Shown: positions 1 to 12,362, counted from the stretch's first letter. The stretch: 64,000 nt of DNA from Ranitomeya imitator (GCF_032444005.1 NC_091287.1:559798001-559862000), one strand, 5' to 3'. Notes: generated by a model from the letters alone, not told the origin. A program made the numbers and translations.

Positions 1-717
1 CCTTTGGCCCTTATTCCTGGGTGCCCTGGCGTCTCTCTGAGATATTATTCCTCCTCCATCGCCTGCGGCGCGCTATTTGTTTGGACGTCATACACGGCTG
101 ATTGATAAGACGTCACTTCTAAATGATATTTTATGCTCCGGGGTCCTGGAGTGACGGGTGCGGGGCAGTGTACAATTATGCGCCGAAGACCATGACACAA
201 TCAGCGACCAATGTCACTGCTGCCAATCACATCCATCATGGCTGGAGATTACTCTCCGATGCATCTGTAGAACGTTATCAGCTTCACCTGTGGTCAGTGC
301 TCTGGTTACAAGGACGTAAGGCGCGGTGCATTCACTGAAATGGACAAAATTACAGATATACCCCTTTCCATACACACAAAACTGACCACACGTTGGTATG
401 ATCATCTACTCGGTCATTATAGCAGCTCTCTCCATCTCTCACAGCAGCGAGTCACAGCACAAATCTCAAGTGCTGCAAAGCTAATGCACTGCACTGTACC
501 TGACGCAGCATAACATAAATGAATGTCACCCCAAATTATCAGTATTACTCACCCAACCCAGCTCCAGTGCAGAGCGCTGCATCGCCCCTCTCTCCTGGCA
601 TCTTCTCCAGCATTTCAGGTTGCTGTGTCAAACAGGTGCACAACGAAACAGCAAAGTCAATAAAGTATTATGATAGTAGGTTTTTACGCTAGGTTCTTCA
701 CTTTTCCAGTTCTGCTT

Positions 718-2880
718 CTCAGTTCTGCTACACCTAGGTCTCCACTACACAATTCTGCTTTATTCAGGTCTCCATTACTCAAGTCTGCTACAACGAGATC
801 TCCACTACTCAATTCTCCTAAAGCCAGGTCTCCACTGCTCAATTCTACTACATCCAGATCTCCACTACTGAATTCTGCTACATCCAGGTCTCCACTGCTC
901 AATTCTACTACATCCAGATCTCCACTGCTCAATTCTACTACATCCAGATCTCCACTACTGAATTCTGCTACATCCAGGTCTCCACTACTCAATTCTCCTA
1001 AAGCCAGGTCTCCACTGCTCAATTCTACTACATCCAGATCTCCACTACTGAATTCTGCTACATCCAGGTCTCCACTGCTCAATTCTACTACATCCAGATC
1101 TCCACTACTGAATTCTGCTACATCCAGGTCTCCACTGCTCAATTCTACTACATCCAGGTCTCCACTGCTCAATTCTACTACATCCAGATCTCCACTACTG
1201 AATTCTGCTACATCCAGGTCTCCACTGCTCAATTCTACTACATCCAGGTCTCCACTGCTCAATTCTACTACATCCAGGTCTCCACTGCTCAATTCTACTA
1301 CATCCAGGTCTCCACTACTGAATTCTGCTACATCCAGGTCTCCACTACTGAATTCTGCTAAATCCAGGTCTCCACTGCTCAATTCTACTACATCCAGGTC
1401 TCCACTGCTCAATTCTACTACATCCAGGTCTCCACTACTGAATTCTGCTACATCCAGGTCTCCACTACTGAATTCTGCTACATCCAGGTCTCCGCTACTG
1501 AATTCTGCTACATCCAGGTCTCAACTACTGAATGCTGCTACATCCAGGTCTCCACTACTGAATTCTGCTACATCCAGGTCTCAACTACTTAATTCTGCTA
1601 CATCCATGTCTCCACTACTGAATTCTGCTACATCCAGGTCTCCACTACTGAATTCTGCTACATCCAGGTCTCAACTTCTGAATTCTGTTACATCCAAGTC
1701 TCCACTACTAAATTCTGCTACATCCAGGTCTCCACTACTGAATTCTGCTACATCCAGGTCTCCACTTCTGAATTCTGTTGCATCCAGGTCTCTACTACTG
1801 AATTCTGCTACATCCAGGTCTCCACTTCTGAATTTTGTTACATCCAAGTCTCCACTACTAAATTCTGCTACATCCAGGTCTCCACTACTGAATTCTGCTA
1901 CATCCAGGTCTCCACTTCTGAATTCTGCTACATTCTGGTCTCCACTACTGAATTCTGCTACATCCAGGTCTCCACTACTGAATTCTGCTACATCCAGGTC
2001 TCCACTACTGAATTCTGCTACATCCAGGTCTCCACTACTGAATTCTGCTACATCCAGGTCTCCACTTCTGAATTCTGTTACATCCAAGTCTCCACTACTA
2101 AATTCTGCTACATCCAGGTCTCCACTACTGAATTCTGTTGCATCCAGGTCTCTACTACTGAATTCTGCTACATCCAGGTCTCCACTTCTGAATTCTGTTA
2201 CATCCAAGTCTCCACTACTAAATTCTGCTACATCCAGGTCTCCACTACTGAATTCTGCTACATCCAGGTCTCCACTACTGAATTCTGCTACATCCAGGTC
2301 TCCACTACTGAATTCTGCTACATCCAGGTCTCAACTACTGAATGCTGCTGCATCCACGTCTCCATTACTCAATTCTGCTACATCCATGCCTTCACTATTC
2401 AATTCTGCTACATCCAGGTCTCCACTACTTAATTCTGCTACATCCAGGTCTCCACTACTGAATTCTGCCACATCCAGGTCTCCATTACTCAATTCTGCTA
2501 CATCCATGCCTTCACTATTCAATTCTGCTACATCCAGGTCTCCACTACTGAATTCTGCTACATCCAGGTCTCCACTACTGAATTCTGCCACATCCAGGTC
2601 TCCACTACTGAAATCTGTTGCATCCAGGTCTCTACTACTGAATTCTGCTACATCCAGGTCTCCACTACTGAATTCTGCTACATCCAGGTCTCCACTACTG
2701 AATTCTGCTACATCCAGGTCTCCACTACTGAATTCTGCTACATCCAGGTCTCCACTACTGAATTCTGCTACATCGAGGCCTTCACTATTCAATTCTGCTG
2801 CATCCAGGTCTCCACTACTGAATTCTGCTACATCGAGGCCTTCACTATTCAATTCTGCTGCATCCAGGTCTCCACTACTC
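718..2880. repeat. 30-bp minisatellite (AATTCTGCTACATCCAGGTCTCCACTACTG)n, about 72 units; + frame open as a 741-aa ORF (670-2895, NSATSRSPLL repeats)
   Basis: 30-bp periodicity seen directly; ORF track 670..2895 +. Coding status unproven. Confidence 0.95.
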
Positions 2881-3175
2881 CTGTTCCTGCCTTGAGCATT
2901 AGGCATCTCTCTACACACTGCTCAAAGGAGAAAGTCACAGCCCAAATATTAATATTTTGCAATGGTTGCTGTGTTCTCCAAGTGCCGCATTCTGTTTTTT
3001 CTAGCAGTAAGAGGACACTCCAGGCACAATTTTGGCATCTTAAAGTTTGGGCACCCCTGTTCAAAATTACTGTCATCGTGAACAGTTAAGCAAGTTGAAA
3101 ATTAAATGATCTCTAAAAGGCCTAAAATTACAGGTGACACATTTCCTTTGCATTTTTGGCAAATATATATATATA

Positions 3176-3538
3176 CTAGATTGTGGCCCGATTCTAACGC
3201 ATCGGGTATTCTAGAATATGCATGTCCCCGTAGTATATGGACAATGATGATTCCAGAATTCGCGGCAGACTGTGCCCGTCGCTGATTGGTCGAGGCAACC
3301 TTTATGACATCATGGTTGCCATGGCAACCATTATGACATCTACGTCGATACTGTGCCCATTGCTGATTGGTCGAGGCATGGCGGCCTCGACCAATCAGAC
3401 GCGGGATGTCTGCGTCCTTTATGACATCATCGTCGCTGTGCCGGTCGCTGATTGGTCAGAGACGCGGGATTTCCAGGACAGACAGACAGAAAGACAGACA
3501 GACAGACGGAAAAACCCTTAGGCAATTATATATATAGA
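3176..3538 (-). mobile_element. Non-autonomous Helitron (363 bp)
   Basis: On the minus strand: 5' TC (TCTATATATATAATTGCC) followed by a (CTGT)n tract; 3' hairpin CCCGAT-N8-ATCGGG (3187-3206) ending CTAG (3176-3179); inserted between A and T with no TSD. Confidence 0.8.
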
Positions 3539-3888
3539 TATATATATAATGTTCATCTTTTACATTTTAAAAATGACCAAGGTTTCAGACCTTAATTAGC
3601 CAGTTAGTGTTATGAGTTGTTCACTAGCATCGTTAGGAAAGGCAAGGTGATGCAAATTTCCCAGCTTTATAAAACCCAGTCTCCTCTAACCTTGTGCCAA
3701 AAACAGCAGCCATGGGTTTTCTAATCTGCTGTCTAGCGCACTGAAAATGGCGGAGGCCCACAAATCAGGTGAAGTCTATGAGAAGATAGCAAAGTGCTTT
3801 CGAGTTGTCCTTTCCTGAGTTCAAAATGTAATTAAGAACTGGCGGTTATCAGGAACAGTGGCGATCAAGATAAGGTCGGTAAGACTTA

Positions 3889-4281
3889 GGGTACCGTCAC
3901 ACAGTGCAATTTTGATCGCTACGACGGCACGATTCGTGACGTTCGAGCGATATAGTTACGATATCGCAGTGTCTGACACGCTCCTGCGATCAGGGACCCC
4001 GCTGAGAATCGTACGTCGTAGCAGATCGTTTGCAACTTTCTTTCGTCGTCTAGTGTCCCGCTGTGGCGGCATGATCGCATGGTGTAACATATATCGTATA
4101 CGATGTGCGCATAGTAACCAACGGCTTCTACATCGCACATACGTCATGAAATTATCGCTCCAGCGTCGTAGATTGCAAAGTGTGACAGCAGTCTACGACG
4201 CTGGAGCGATATTGTTACGATGCTGGAGCGTCACGGATCGTACCGTTGTAGCGATGAAAATTGCACTGTGTGACGGTACCC
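3889..4281. mobile_element. MITE with ~39-bp TIRs (GGGTACCGTCACACAGTGCAATTTT...), probably PIF/Harbinger-derived
   Basis: TIRs at both ends; flanks TTA / TAA (imperfect TWA duplication); Tc1-A sequence resumes on either side. Confidence 0.8.
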
Positions 4282-4461
4282 TAAGCAACATTTCAGTGAG
4301 AGCTGCTCGTAGGATTGCTAGACCGACAAATCAGAACCCCTGCTTGACTGCAAAAGATTCATCAGACTCTGGAGTTGTGGAACATTTTTCTACTGTTCAG
4401 AGAAATGTGCACAAATATGGCCTTCATGGAAGAGTCAGCAGAAGAAAACCTCTTCTGCGTT

Positions 4462-5540
4462 TGTAAGAGGGCGAACTGTAGTCCCACTGAGAGGGCACTA
4501 GGACCCTGTGGTTTTTGCCTGTTGCAGCAGAAGACAGACAGGGCAAAACTCCCAGAGACAATGTGTGCTGGGGGGTGGGGTCCAGTGTCTCGTGTGTGAA
4601 GTGAAACTAGGAAGTGAGAGCTGAGAGAGAAAAGGCGGGAAGCAAAGGAGACGCTGCTGTGAGATCTTAAAAAAAGAGACTGTGTGTGGATTTACTGCAA
4701 GTGTTTTTGGAGGAAAAGAAGCTTTTGAGAGACTTTTTGTTGCTAACGTTCCCCTGGAGAAGAGCTAACCTTTTGTTTAACTCTGTGAGAGACTTGTGTT
4801 GCTAACGTTTCCTGGAGAAGAGCTAACCCTTTATCTAAGAAAAGACGGAGACTTTACTAAGAACCCAGTACGAATTTGGAAGTCTGTGGATTCCCTGTGC
4901 ATTGAGTGGAGGAACAAGTCTGGACAGACTGCTGATACAGAGACGGACGGATTGTCGTGGAAGCATTCCTAGGAGCTACAGAAGCAGAGATTACATCGTG
5001 AGACCACTAACTAAGTCACCGGCGTTTGGGCTCGGCATCGGCCGACAAGACAAGAGGAGCTTGCTGTAACTTATTGGCGCTGAAGATATGGACTAGCTAC
5101 AGCCTGTGCGGATTCCTGCCTGAGAGGAAATCTATCTCAGGATACGGTACCATAGTTATAGATACCCGGGTATCTCTGCTCAGAGTGTTAAGTTGTTACT
5201 TTAGAGGTGTATCTTATATTAGAGTTGTGTAAGTTATACTCAATGTGCCATTCCAGGGGCTCCCTTAATAACACTACATTCAATTTACACTTGTTCCTGT
5301 TTTTAGTTGCCTGTTAGGTAAATTTCTTACTAGTCTGTTGTAGTATACAGTTCTCAGGAGACCTTGGAGTGGCACAGTGATTTCAGCTGCTGCTGAGCTA
5401 GTGTATCTTTGGGGTGCATCTGCCTTAATATTCTCCATATTACCTTGATTATTTTGCCTTTGAGTAAATACCGTTGGAGATTTCTGCCTTGGTCTTGGTT
5501 TGTGACTCACTGGATCTTATTCGGACCTCTGGTCATTACA
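4462..5540 (+). repeat. 5' LTR of Gypsy-1
   Basis: TGTAAG...TTACA; about 13 substitutions versus the 3' LTR by eye. Confidence 0.95.
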
Positions 5541-5544
5541 TTTT

Positions 5545-5562
5545 TGGCGTAGTCGGCAGGAT
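5545..5562 (+). promoter_or_regulatory. Primer-binding site complementary to the 3' end of tRNA-Ser
   Basis: TGGCGTAGTCGGCAGGAT, 4 nt after the LTR, is the reverse complement of ATCCTGCCGACTACG-CCA, the vertebrate tRNA-Ser(AGA/TGA-type) 3' end. Confidence 0.88.
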
Positions 5563-5574
5563 CCAGTGTTTGTC

Positions 5575-6573
5575 ATGGACGAGGGCGAGGGTGGAAATGA
5601 CCCCGCTGTAGCCGCATCCTCCTCGGGGGTTGGGGTTCCCCTGGCAGCCGCGGCGACCCCGGGAGGGTATGTGCCTGTAGGAGCTTTACTTCAGCACATG
5701 CCGAAATACGATGGGCGCAATATGGCGTTGCAAGATTGGGCTGAGAGAATCCGGAGTATTCTGCGCATGTGTAATTTGACCCCCGCGTTACGCGCTGAGC
5801 TGGCATTAAATGCACTGGAGGGTGATATTAGGCGTATGGTGATGGTGCGCCCAGAATCAGAGAGGGATACATTAGAAAAGATTTTGGAACTGTTAGAGGG
5901 GAGTTTGGGGGGCCGAGCGCGTGTGGCCCAGCTTCGGTCCCTATTCTTTAATCGTCCCCAGAGAGAGTGTGAGTCCCTGATGCAGTACTCTAATATTTTG
6001 CAAGAGATGTTGAATGAGATGCAGCGACTAGACCCAGGGGCCATGGGGGCGTTCCGGGAGGTAGACCGCTTGCTCCGGGACCAATTCATCACCGGTTTAG
6101 CCAATAGACTTCTCCGGGACAAACTGTTGGAAATGGCTCGGGTTGCACCAGAGTTATCTTTCTGGCAGATTTACCGAGCTGCAGTGGAAAGGGAAGAGAA
6201 ATCAGCCTATGTTCCCGAGGGGTCAGTGAACAGTGCCCAGCTGGAGGAAGGTGGGTCATCAGGGTCGGGGGGAGAGGGGCTGGTAAGCGTGGTACAAGCT
6301 TTGCGTGCTGAGGTGAAGGAGTTGAAGCTGAAATTGTCTCAACTGACAGTTGATCCCGCCTCTACCCCCTCACGGGAACCTCCTGCCCCACCCCCTGGAA
6401 CGGTGACCCCGCAAATGGCCAGGTCGTCCTATCAGAATGAGTCAAGCCCTCGCCCACGAGGAACAATCACCTGCTGGAAGTGTGGCCGCCAGGGACACAT
6501 CTCGCATTACTGCCGGGCGCTTACAGCCCCAGAAACCACGTCGCCGGCTTTAAACTTCCGGCCGCTGCCATGA
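5575..6573 (+). CDS. gag: Gag of Gypsy-1, intact ORF with CCHC zinc knuckle
   Basis: ATG at 5575 (the track starts at GTG 5566); capsid-like helical region (LRDQFITGL); CWKCGRQGHISHYC. Confidence 0.9.
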   Translation: MDEGEGGNDPAVAASSSGVGVPLAAAATPGGYVPVGALLQHMPKYDGRNMALQDWAERIRSILRMCNLTPALRAELALNALEGDIRRMVMVRPESERDTLEKILELLEGSLGGRARVAQLRSLFFNRPQRECESLMQYSNILQEMLNEMQRLDPGAMGAFREVDRLLRDQFITGLANRLLRDKLLEMARVAPELSFWQIYRAAVEREEKSAYVPEGSVNSAQLEEGGSSGSGGEGLVSVVQALRAEVKELKLKLSQLTVDPASTPSREPPAPPPGTVTPQMARSSYQNESSPRPRGTITCWKCGRQGHISHYCRALTAPETTSPALNFRPLP

Positions 6574-9500
6574 GAGGGCAAGCAGCAGCGGCCCCACCCA
6601 CACAAAGCCCTCGACGGAATGAACAAGATTTGTTTGCATGTAGTCCAGTGATAGAAGCAGAGTTTGAAGGGCGGAAGATGAGGTGCTTGGTTGACATGGG
6701 ATCCGAATGTACTATAATGCCTCTAGAAGTATATGAGAGATACTTCAGTCGACTAGTGATTCCAGAGGATGGCCGAGTGATACGACTGACCGCCGCAAAT
6801 AATGGTCAATTGTCAGTCAAAGGGATCGTGTGGATGCAACTAAAAATGTTTGGTCAAGAGCTGGGGCAGAAAGGGGTAGTACTGGTGGATCACCCCCCTA
6901 GAAGAGGGATGGAAGTGACGCTCGGAATGAACGTGCTGCGAGATTTGAATCACCAGATGTATGCCAGTGAAGGACCCCGATACTGGGCCCGTGCGACAAG
7001 ACACCGACCCACACAGAGAATTCTACACCGTCAAGTGCTGAGTTGCGACTTGCTGAAAAGTGCGGTCCCAGGTGGCCGGGTGGGCTGGGTCCGAGTGACT
7101 TCGAGGGCCCCGATCCTGCTGGGACCCAGACAAGAGGAACTCTTAATGCTGCCTGTGGGAGCTGCACAGAGATTGAATGGGCTTGAAGTGCTACTTGAGC
7201 CCGCCCGAGAGGGTTCCTCATTTGCCAAGGTACATGTGGCCCGGTCTTTGGCGATTGTGAAGAATGGACGAGTGCCGGTCCGATGCATCAATGTTTTAGA
7301 TGAAGCTGTTGCAATTCCCGCTGGGACCATACTGGCTGAACTGTTCGTGCCGGCAGAGAAGGTGCCGGAAAATGCAGGGTTCGAATTGCGACCAGACCAA
7401 CAGTCATCCTGGACATTCGCGGTCGAGGTAGGCCGGACTGAACCTCCTACGGAGGAATGGAATGTTCATGTGATCATGGAGCAGATGGGAGTGGATCGGG
7501 AGAAGCTGACCCCCGTGCAGTTGGAGCAGTTGGAGAGAGTTTTGTGGGAACATCAAGAGACCTTTTCCCGACATGGAGAGGACTTCGGGTGTACCCAGAC
7601 GATTGAGCATGAGATTCCAACGGGGGATACTCCACCCATTAGAGAAAGATATCGTCAAATTCCTCCGGCGCTCTATCAAGAGGTGAAGAGCATGGTGGCC
7701 AGTATGCTGGACAACCAAGTGATCCGAGAGATCCGGAGTCCCTGGGCGGCCCCTGTAGTTTTGGTCCGCAAGAAGGATGGGACACTCTGATTTTGTGTGG
7801 ACTATCGGAAATTGAATGCCCACACCGTACGGGACGCATATCCTTTACCCCGTATTGAAGAATCCCTGTCGGCCCTGGGTCGGGCCAAGTATTTCTCAAT
7901 GTTGGATTTGGCAAGCGGGTACTGGCAGGTCCCAATGGCTGAAAAAGATCGGGCCAAGACGGCGTTTGTCTTGCCAATGGGGCTCTTTGAGTTCAACCGG
8001 ATGCCCTTTGGCCTCGCTACCGCCCCGGGAACCTTCCAACGCCTGATGGAACATTGCTTGGGCGATCTAAATTTTGAATCAGTCTTGATATATCTAGACG
8101 ACATTGTGGTGTTCGGAACCTCATTTGAAGATCATCTAGAGAAGCTGCGTCAAGTTCTCCGGCGGCTCAAGAGCTACGGCCTGAAAATAAAGCCAAAAAA
8201 ATGTCAACTGTTACGAAACCAGATTGAATATTTGGGGCATCTGGTGACCCCGGATGGGGTACTACCTTTAGCCAGTAAGATTAAGGCGGTACAAGAGTGG
8301 CCACCTCCTTGTGACCTGCGAGAAGTGCGGGCCTTCCTGGGCCTAGCAGGATACTATCGGCGGTTTGTGCCTAAATTCTCACAAGTGGTGAGTCCCTTGA
8401 ATGAACTTTTGAGAGGGACAGCGCTGGGTCCTCGAAATCGCCCCATTCCATGGGGGCCCCTACAGAAAAAGGCATTTGATGGAGTGAAAACCGCCCTAAC
8501 GAGTGCCCCATTGCTGGCCTACGCCCGGTTTGACACCCCTTTTTTGTTGTATACCGATGGTAGTCTTCATGGGTTGGGGGCAGTACTAGCACAGGTGCAG
8601 GACGGCCGAGAACGAGTGATTTCTTATGGCAGCAGATCTTTAAGAGACTCCGAGCGAAATCCAGCTAACTACAGCTCATTCCGGCTGGAATTGCTGGCCC
8701 TGGTGTGGGCAATGACAGAACGCTTCGCCGAGTATCTAACAGGAGCTGAGGTGCTAGTCATGACAGATAACAACCCGCTAGCTCACTTAGAGAATGCAAA
8801 ACTGGGGGCGTTGGAGCAGCGGTGGGTCGCCAGACTGGCCAAGTTCAATTACTGCATTAAATTTCGCTCTGGTCGAGAGAACGGCAATGCAGATGCATTG
8901 TCAAGAGTGCCCCTTGGGTCATCCGGGGAAGATGTTGATGAACAACTTGAGGATACTGAAACTCCAGCTTTGGGGCAGATACCTATCTTCCAAAGTGTGG
9001 TACACTCAAGTGGGGTGGCCACCGGGATGCCCTGTGTCCTGGGTAAAACACCCTCAGATTGGACAAGAGTCCAGGATGAGTGTCCGGACGTTGCACTTGT
9101 GCGCCGTTGGGTACAAAACAAGGCCTGGCCCAGTGCAGAGGACAAGGCTCAGTTGTCCATGGAAGGAATGAAACTCCTTCGACAATGGGATAAATTGTGT
9201 GTGGAACAAGGTCTTTTGTATCGTAAGGTGTACCTGCCATCGGAGCTGCAGCATCGGTACCAACTGATAATTCCTGTGGGGATGGGGCCAGTGGTCGCTC
9301 GTGAGGCGCATGAGAAGGGGGCCCATTTTGGAAGTGAAAAGACACTTCAGTGGTTGCAGCGAGTCCTCTACTGCCCTGAGTTGGGAGGGATGGTGGCCGA
9401 CGCGTGTCGGCAGTGCCGAATTTGTGGGCTCAACAAAAGCCCTAAGCAGCGGGCTCCCACACAGTCTATTAAGACTTCAGCTCCACTGGAACTACTCATG

Positions 9501-10734
9501 ATTGACTACGTGTTGATAGGGTACTCTACGTCAGGGTACTCCTATTGCCTGGTGATGACAGATCACTTTACCAAGTATGCTGTAGCGGTGCCGACAAGAG
9601 ATCAGACGGCCAGGTCGGCGGCTGAGGAAGTGTGCCGACATTTCTTCCAAGTGTTCGGGTGTCCGCAGAGAATACATTCAGATCAAGGGGCCTGCTTTCA
9701 GGGGACGCTGATGAAAGAGTTGCACCAGCTCTATGGTATCGAGCAGTCGAGAACAACGCCTTACCACCCTCAGGGTAACGGGGCGTGTGAGCGTTTTAAT
9801 CGGACCCTGTTGCAAATGTTGAGGTCCTTAGAGAGTCAGCAACAGACATGCTGGCCTGAGTATCTCCCCGAATTGATGTGGGCTTACAATAACAGGGTGC
9901 ACAGTACTACTGGTTACTCACCACACATGTTGATGTTTGGTAGACCTGGCCGAGACATTGAGGATTTGAACATGCCAGATCCCTCCTCCGCCCCCCTTCG
10001 GACTGCATCCGAGTGGGTACTAGAGCATCGGCGGCGGTTGAGGGTGGTGCATCAGGTGGTGGGCGACCGCCTTCGCCAGGTGGTCCATAAGGACACGCGA
10101 CCTGTACAAACAGAGCTGTTCTCTCCGGGAGACAGAGTGTTGGTGAGGACAAAACGACGGTCAGGAAAGCTGAGTGATCGATGGGAGGCGATACCGTATC
10201 TGATAAAAAAAACAGGTGAACCCTGAGATTCCAGTGTACGAGGTCGAACCGGTGGGGACAGGGGGGCCAACCCGTAATTTGCATCGTAACATGTTACAGC
10301 GGTGCTGGTTTGAAGATTCGGCGCCTACCCCCCTAGAGCCAGAGGCCATGTTTCAAGGGGCGGAAGCTCTGAATGATCTTGAGTTTGATGGTGTGCTTAC
10401 TCCTGCGCCTGCTTATTTGCCCCCTGTGACCGATCTGGCCTCGGGTGATGAGAATGTTGGGGATATGGAGGATGTTGTTGAGGAGAGTGCATCAGGTCAA
10501 CTGCTTGGTCCTGACGCTGTATCACAGGACATCGAGCCGCAGGAGGAGACAACTCCACTTACGCCCACTAACACGACCACGGAAGAGACTCTAGCTCCCT
10601 CTAAGGTCGCACCTGTTGATGTAGGACTCAGGAGAACTACACGATCTACGGCAGGAATACCGCCTCAGCGATATGCTCAAGATGAATTTGAGTGGGGAGG
10701 TATGTCGAGGACGCCAACCTCTAGTGGGGTGGCA
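6549..10734 (+). pseudogene. pol: Pol of Gypsy-1 (protease, RT, RNase H, integrase), disrupted
   Basis: Protease LVDMGS; RT YLDDIVV; RNase H LYTDGS...TDNNPL; integrase HHCC, DDE (MIDY / HSDQG / GACERFN) and GPY/F-like region. TGA at 7788-7790 inside KKDGTL*FCVDYR; +1 frameshift in the A8 run at 10205-10212. Confidence 0.93.
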
Positions 10735-11813
10735 TGTAAGAGGGTGAACTGTAGTCCCACTGAGAGGGCACTAGGACCCTGTGGTTTTTGCCTGTTGCAG
10801 CAGAAGACAGACAGGGCAAAACTCCCAGAGACAATGTGTGCTGGGGGGTGGGGTCCAGTGTCTCGTGTGTGAAGTGAAACTAGGAAGTGAGAGCTGAGAG
10901 AGAAAAGGCGGGAAGCAAAGGAGAAGCTGCTGTGAGATCTTAAAAAAAGAGACTGTGTGTGGATTTACTGCAAGTGTTTTTGGAGGAAAAGAAGCTTTTG
11001 AGAGACTTTTTGTTGCTAACGTTCCCCTGGAGAAGAGCTAACCTTTTGTTTAACTCTGTGAGAGACTTGTGTTGCTAACGTTTCCTGGAGAAGAGCTAAC
11101 CCTTTATCTAAGAAAAGACTGAGACTTTACTAAGAACCCAGTACGAATTTGGAAGTCTGTGGATTCCCTGTGCATTGAGTGGAGAAACAAGTCTGGACAG
11201 ACGGCTGATACAGAGACGGACGGATTGTCGTGGAAGCATTCCTAGGAGCTACAGAAGCAGAGACAACATCGTGAGACCACTAACTAAGTCCCCGGTGTTT
11301 GGGCTCGGCATCGGCCGACAAGACAAGAGGAGCTTGCTGTAACTTATTGGCGCTGAAGATATGGACTGGCTACAGCCTGTGCGGATTCCTGCCTGAGAGG
11401 AAATCTATCTCAGGATACGGTACCATAGTTATAGATACCCGGGTATCTCTGCTCAGAGTGTTAAATTGTTACTTTAGAGGTGTATCTTATATTAGAGTTG
11501 TGTAAGTTATACTCAGTGTGCCATTCCAGGGGCTCCCTTAATAACACTACATTCAATTTACACTTGTTCCTGTTTTTAGTTGCCTGTTAGGTAAATTTCT
11601 TACTAGTCTGTTGTAGTATACAGTTCTCAGGAGACCTTGGAGTGGCACAGTGATTTCAGCTGCTGCTGAGCTAGTGTATCTTTGGGGTGCATCTGCCTTA
11701 ATATTCTCCATATTACCTTGATTATTTTGCCTTTGAGTAAATACCGTTGGAGATTTCTGCCTTGGTCTTGGTTTGTGACTCACTGGATCATATTCGGACC
11801 TCTGGTCATTACA
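10735..11813 (+). repeat. 3' LTR of Gypsy-1
   Basis: Direct repeat of 4462-5540, same length. Confidence 0.95.
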
Positions 11814-12362
11814 TGTTCTCACCATAACATTCAGTATGTAAAAGAAAATCTAAAAAAGCCTGATGCATTTTTGGAACAAGTCCTGTGGGCCGATGAGGTT
11901 AAAGTAGAACTCTTTGGTCTAATAAACAAAGGTATGCGCGGAGAAAAAAGAGCACAGAATTTCAGGAAAGGAACATCTCGCCTATCATTAAGCACGGGGG
12001 CGGATCAATCCTGCTTTGGGGTAGTGTTGTAGACAATGGAACGGGGAACATTTCACAGGTAGAGGGAAGAATGGATTTAATGAAATTTAAAAAAAATTCT
12101 TGATGCAAACATAACACTGTTAAAAAAGCTGAAGGTGAAAAGAGGAAGAGGATGGCTTCTACAAATCAAATGGATAAAGATCCTGAACACACATCACAAT
12201 CCACAATAGACAACCTCAAAAGACGCAAGCTGAAGGTTTTACAATGGCCCTCACAGTCCCCTGGTCTGAGCATCATTGAAAATCTATGGCGAGACCTAAA
12301 ATACCAGAGGATGGAAGATGCCCCAGGAATCTCACAGAACTGGAAGAATTTTCCAATGGAAG

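Larger units (their letters stand above)
4462..11813 (+). mobile_element. Full-length Ty3/Gypsy LTR retrotransposon (gag, PR-RT-RH-IN), no chromodomain
   Basis: Two 1079-bp LTRs, TG...CA (4462-5540, 10735-11813); TSD CGTT/TGTT; PBS, PPT-like AGTGGGGTGGCA (10723-10734), gag and pol motifs. Confidence 0.97.

Noticed and set aside
4375-5510. Short ORFs duplicated at 11299-11825 (MGSASADK..., ...SHKPRPRQK...)
   Set aside because: Incidental frames within the two LTR copies.
5545-5562. tRNA gene (also 47045-47062)
   Set aside because: Only the 18-nt complement of a tRNA 3' end including CCA, next to an LTR: a PBS, not a gene.
10216-10872. env-like third ORF in Gypsy-1
   Set aside because: It is the integrase C-terminal tail shifted by one extra A in the A8 run; there is no signal peptide or transmembrane segment.
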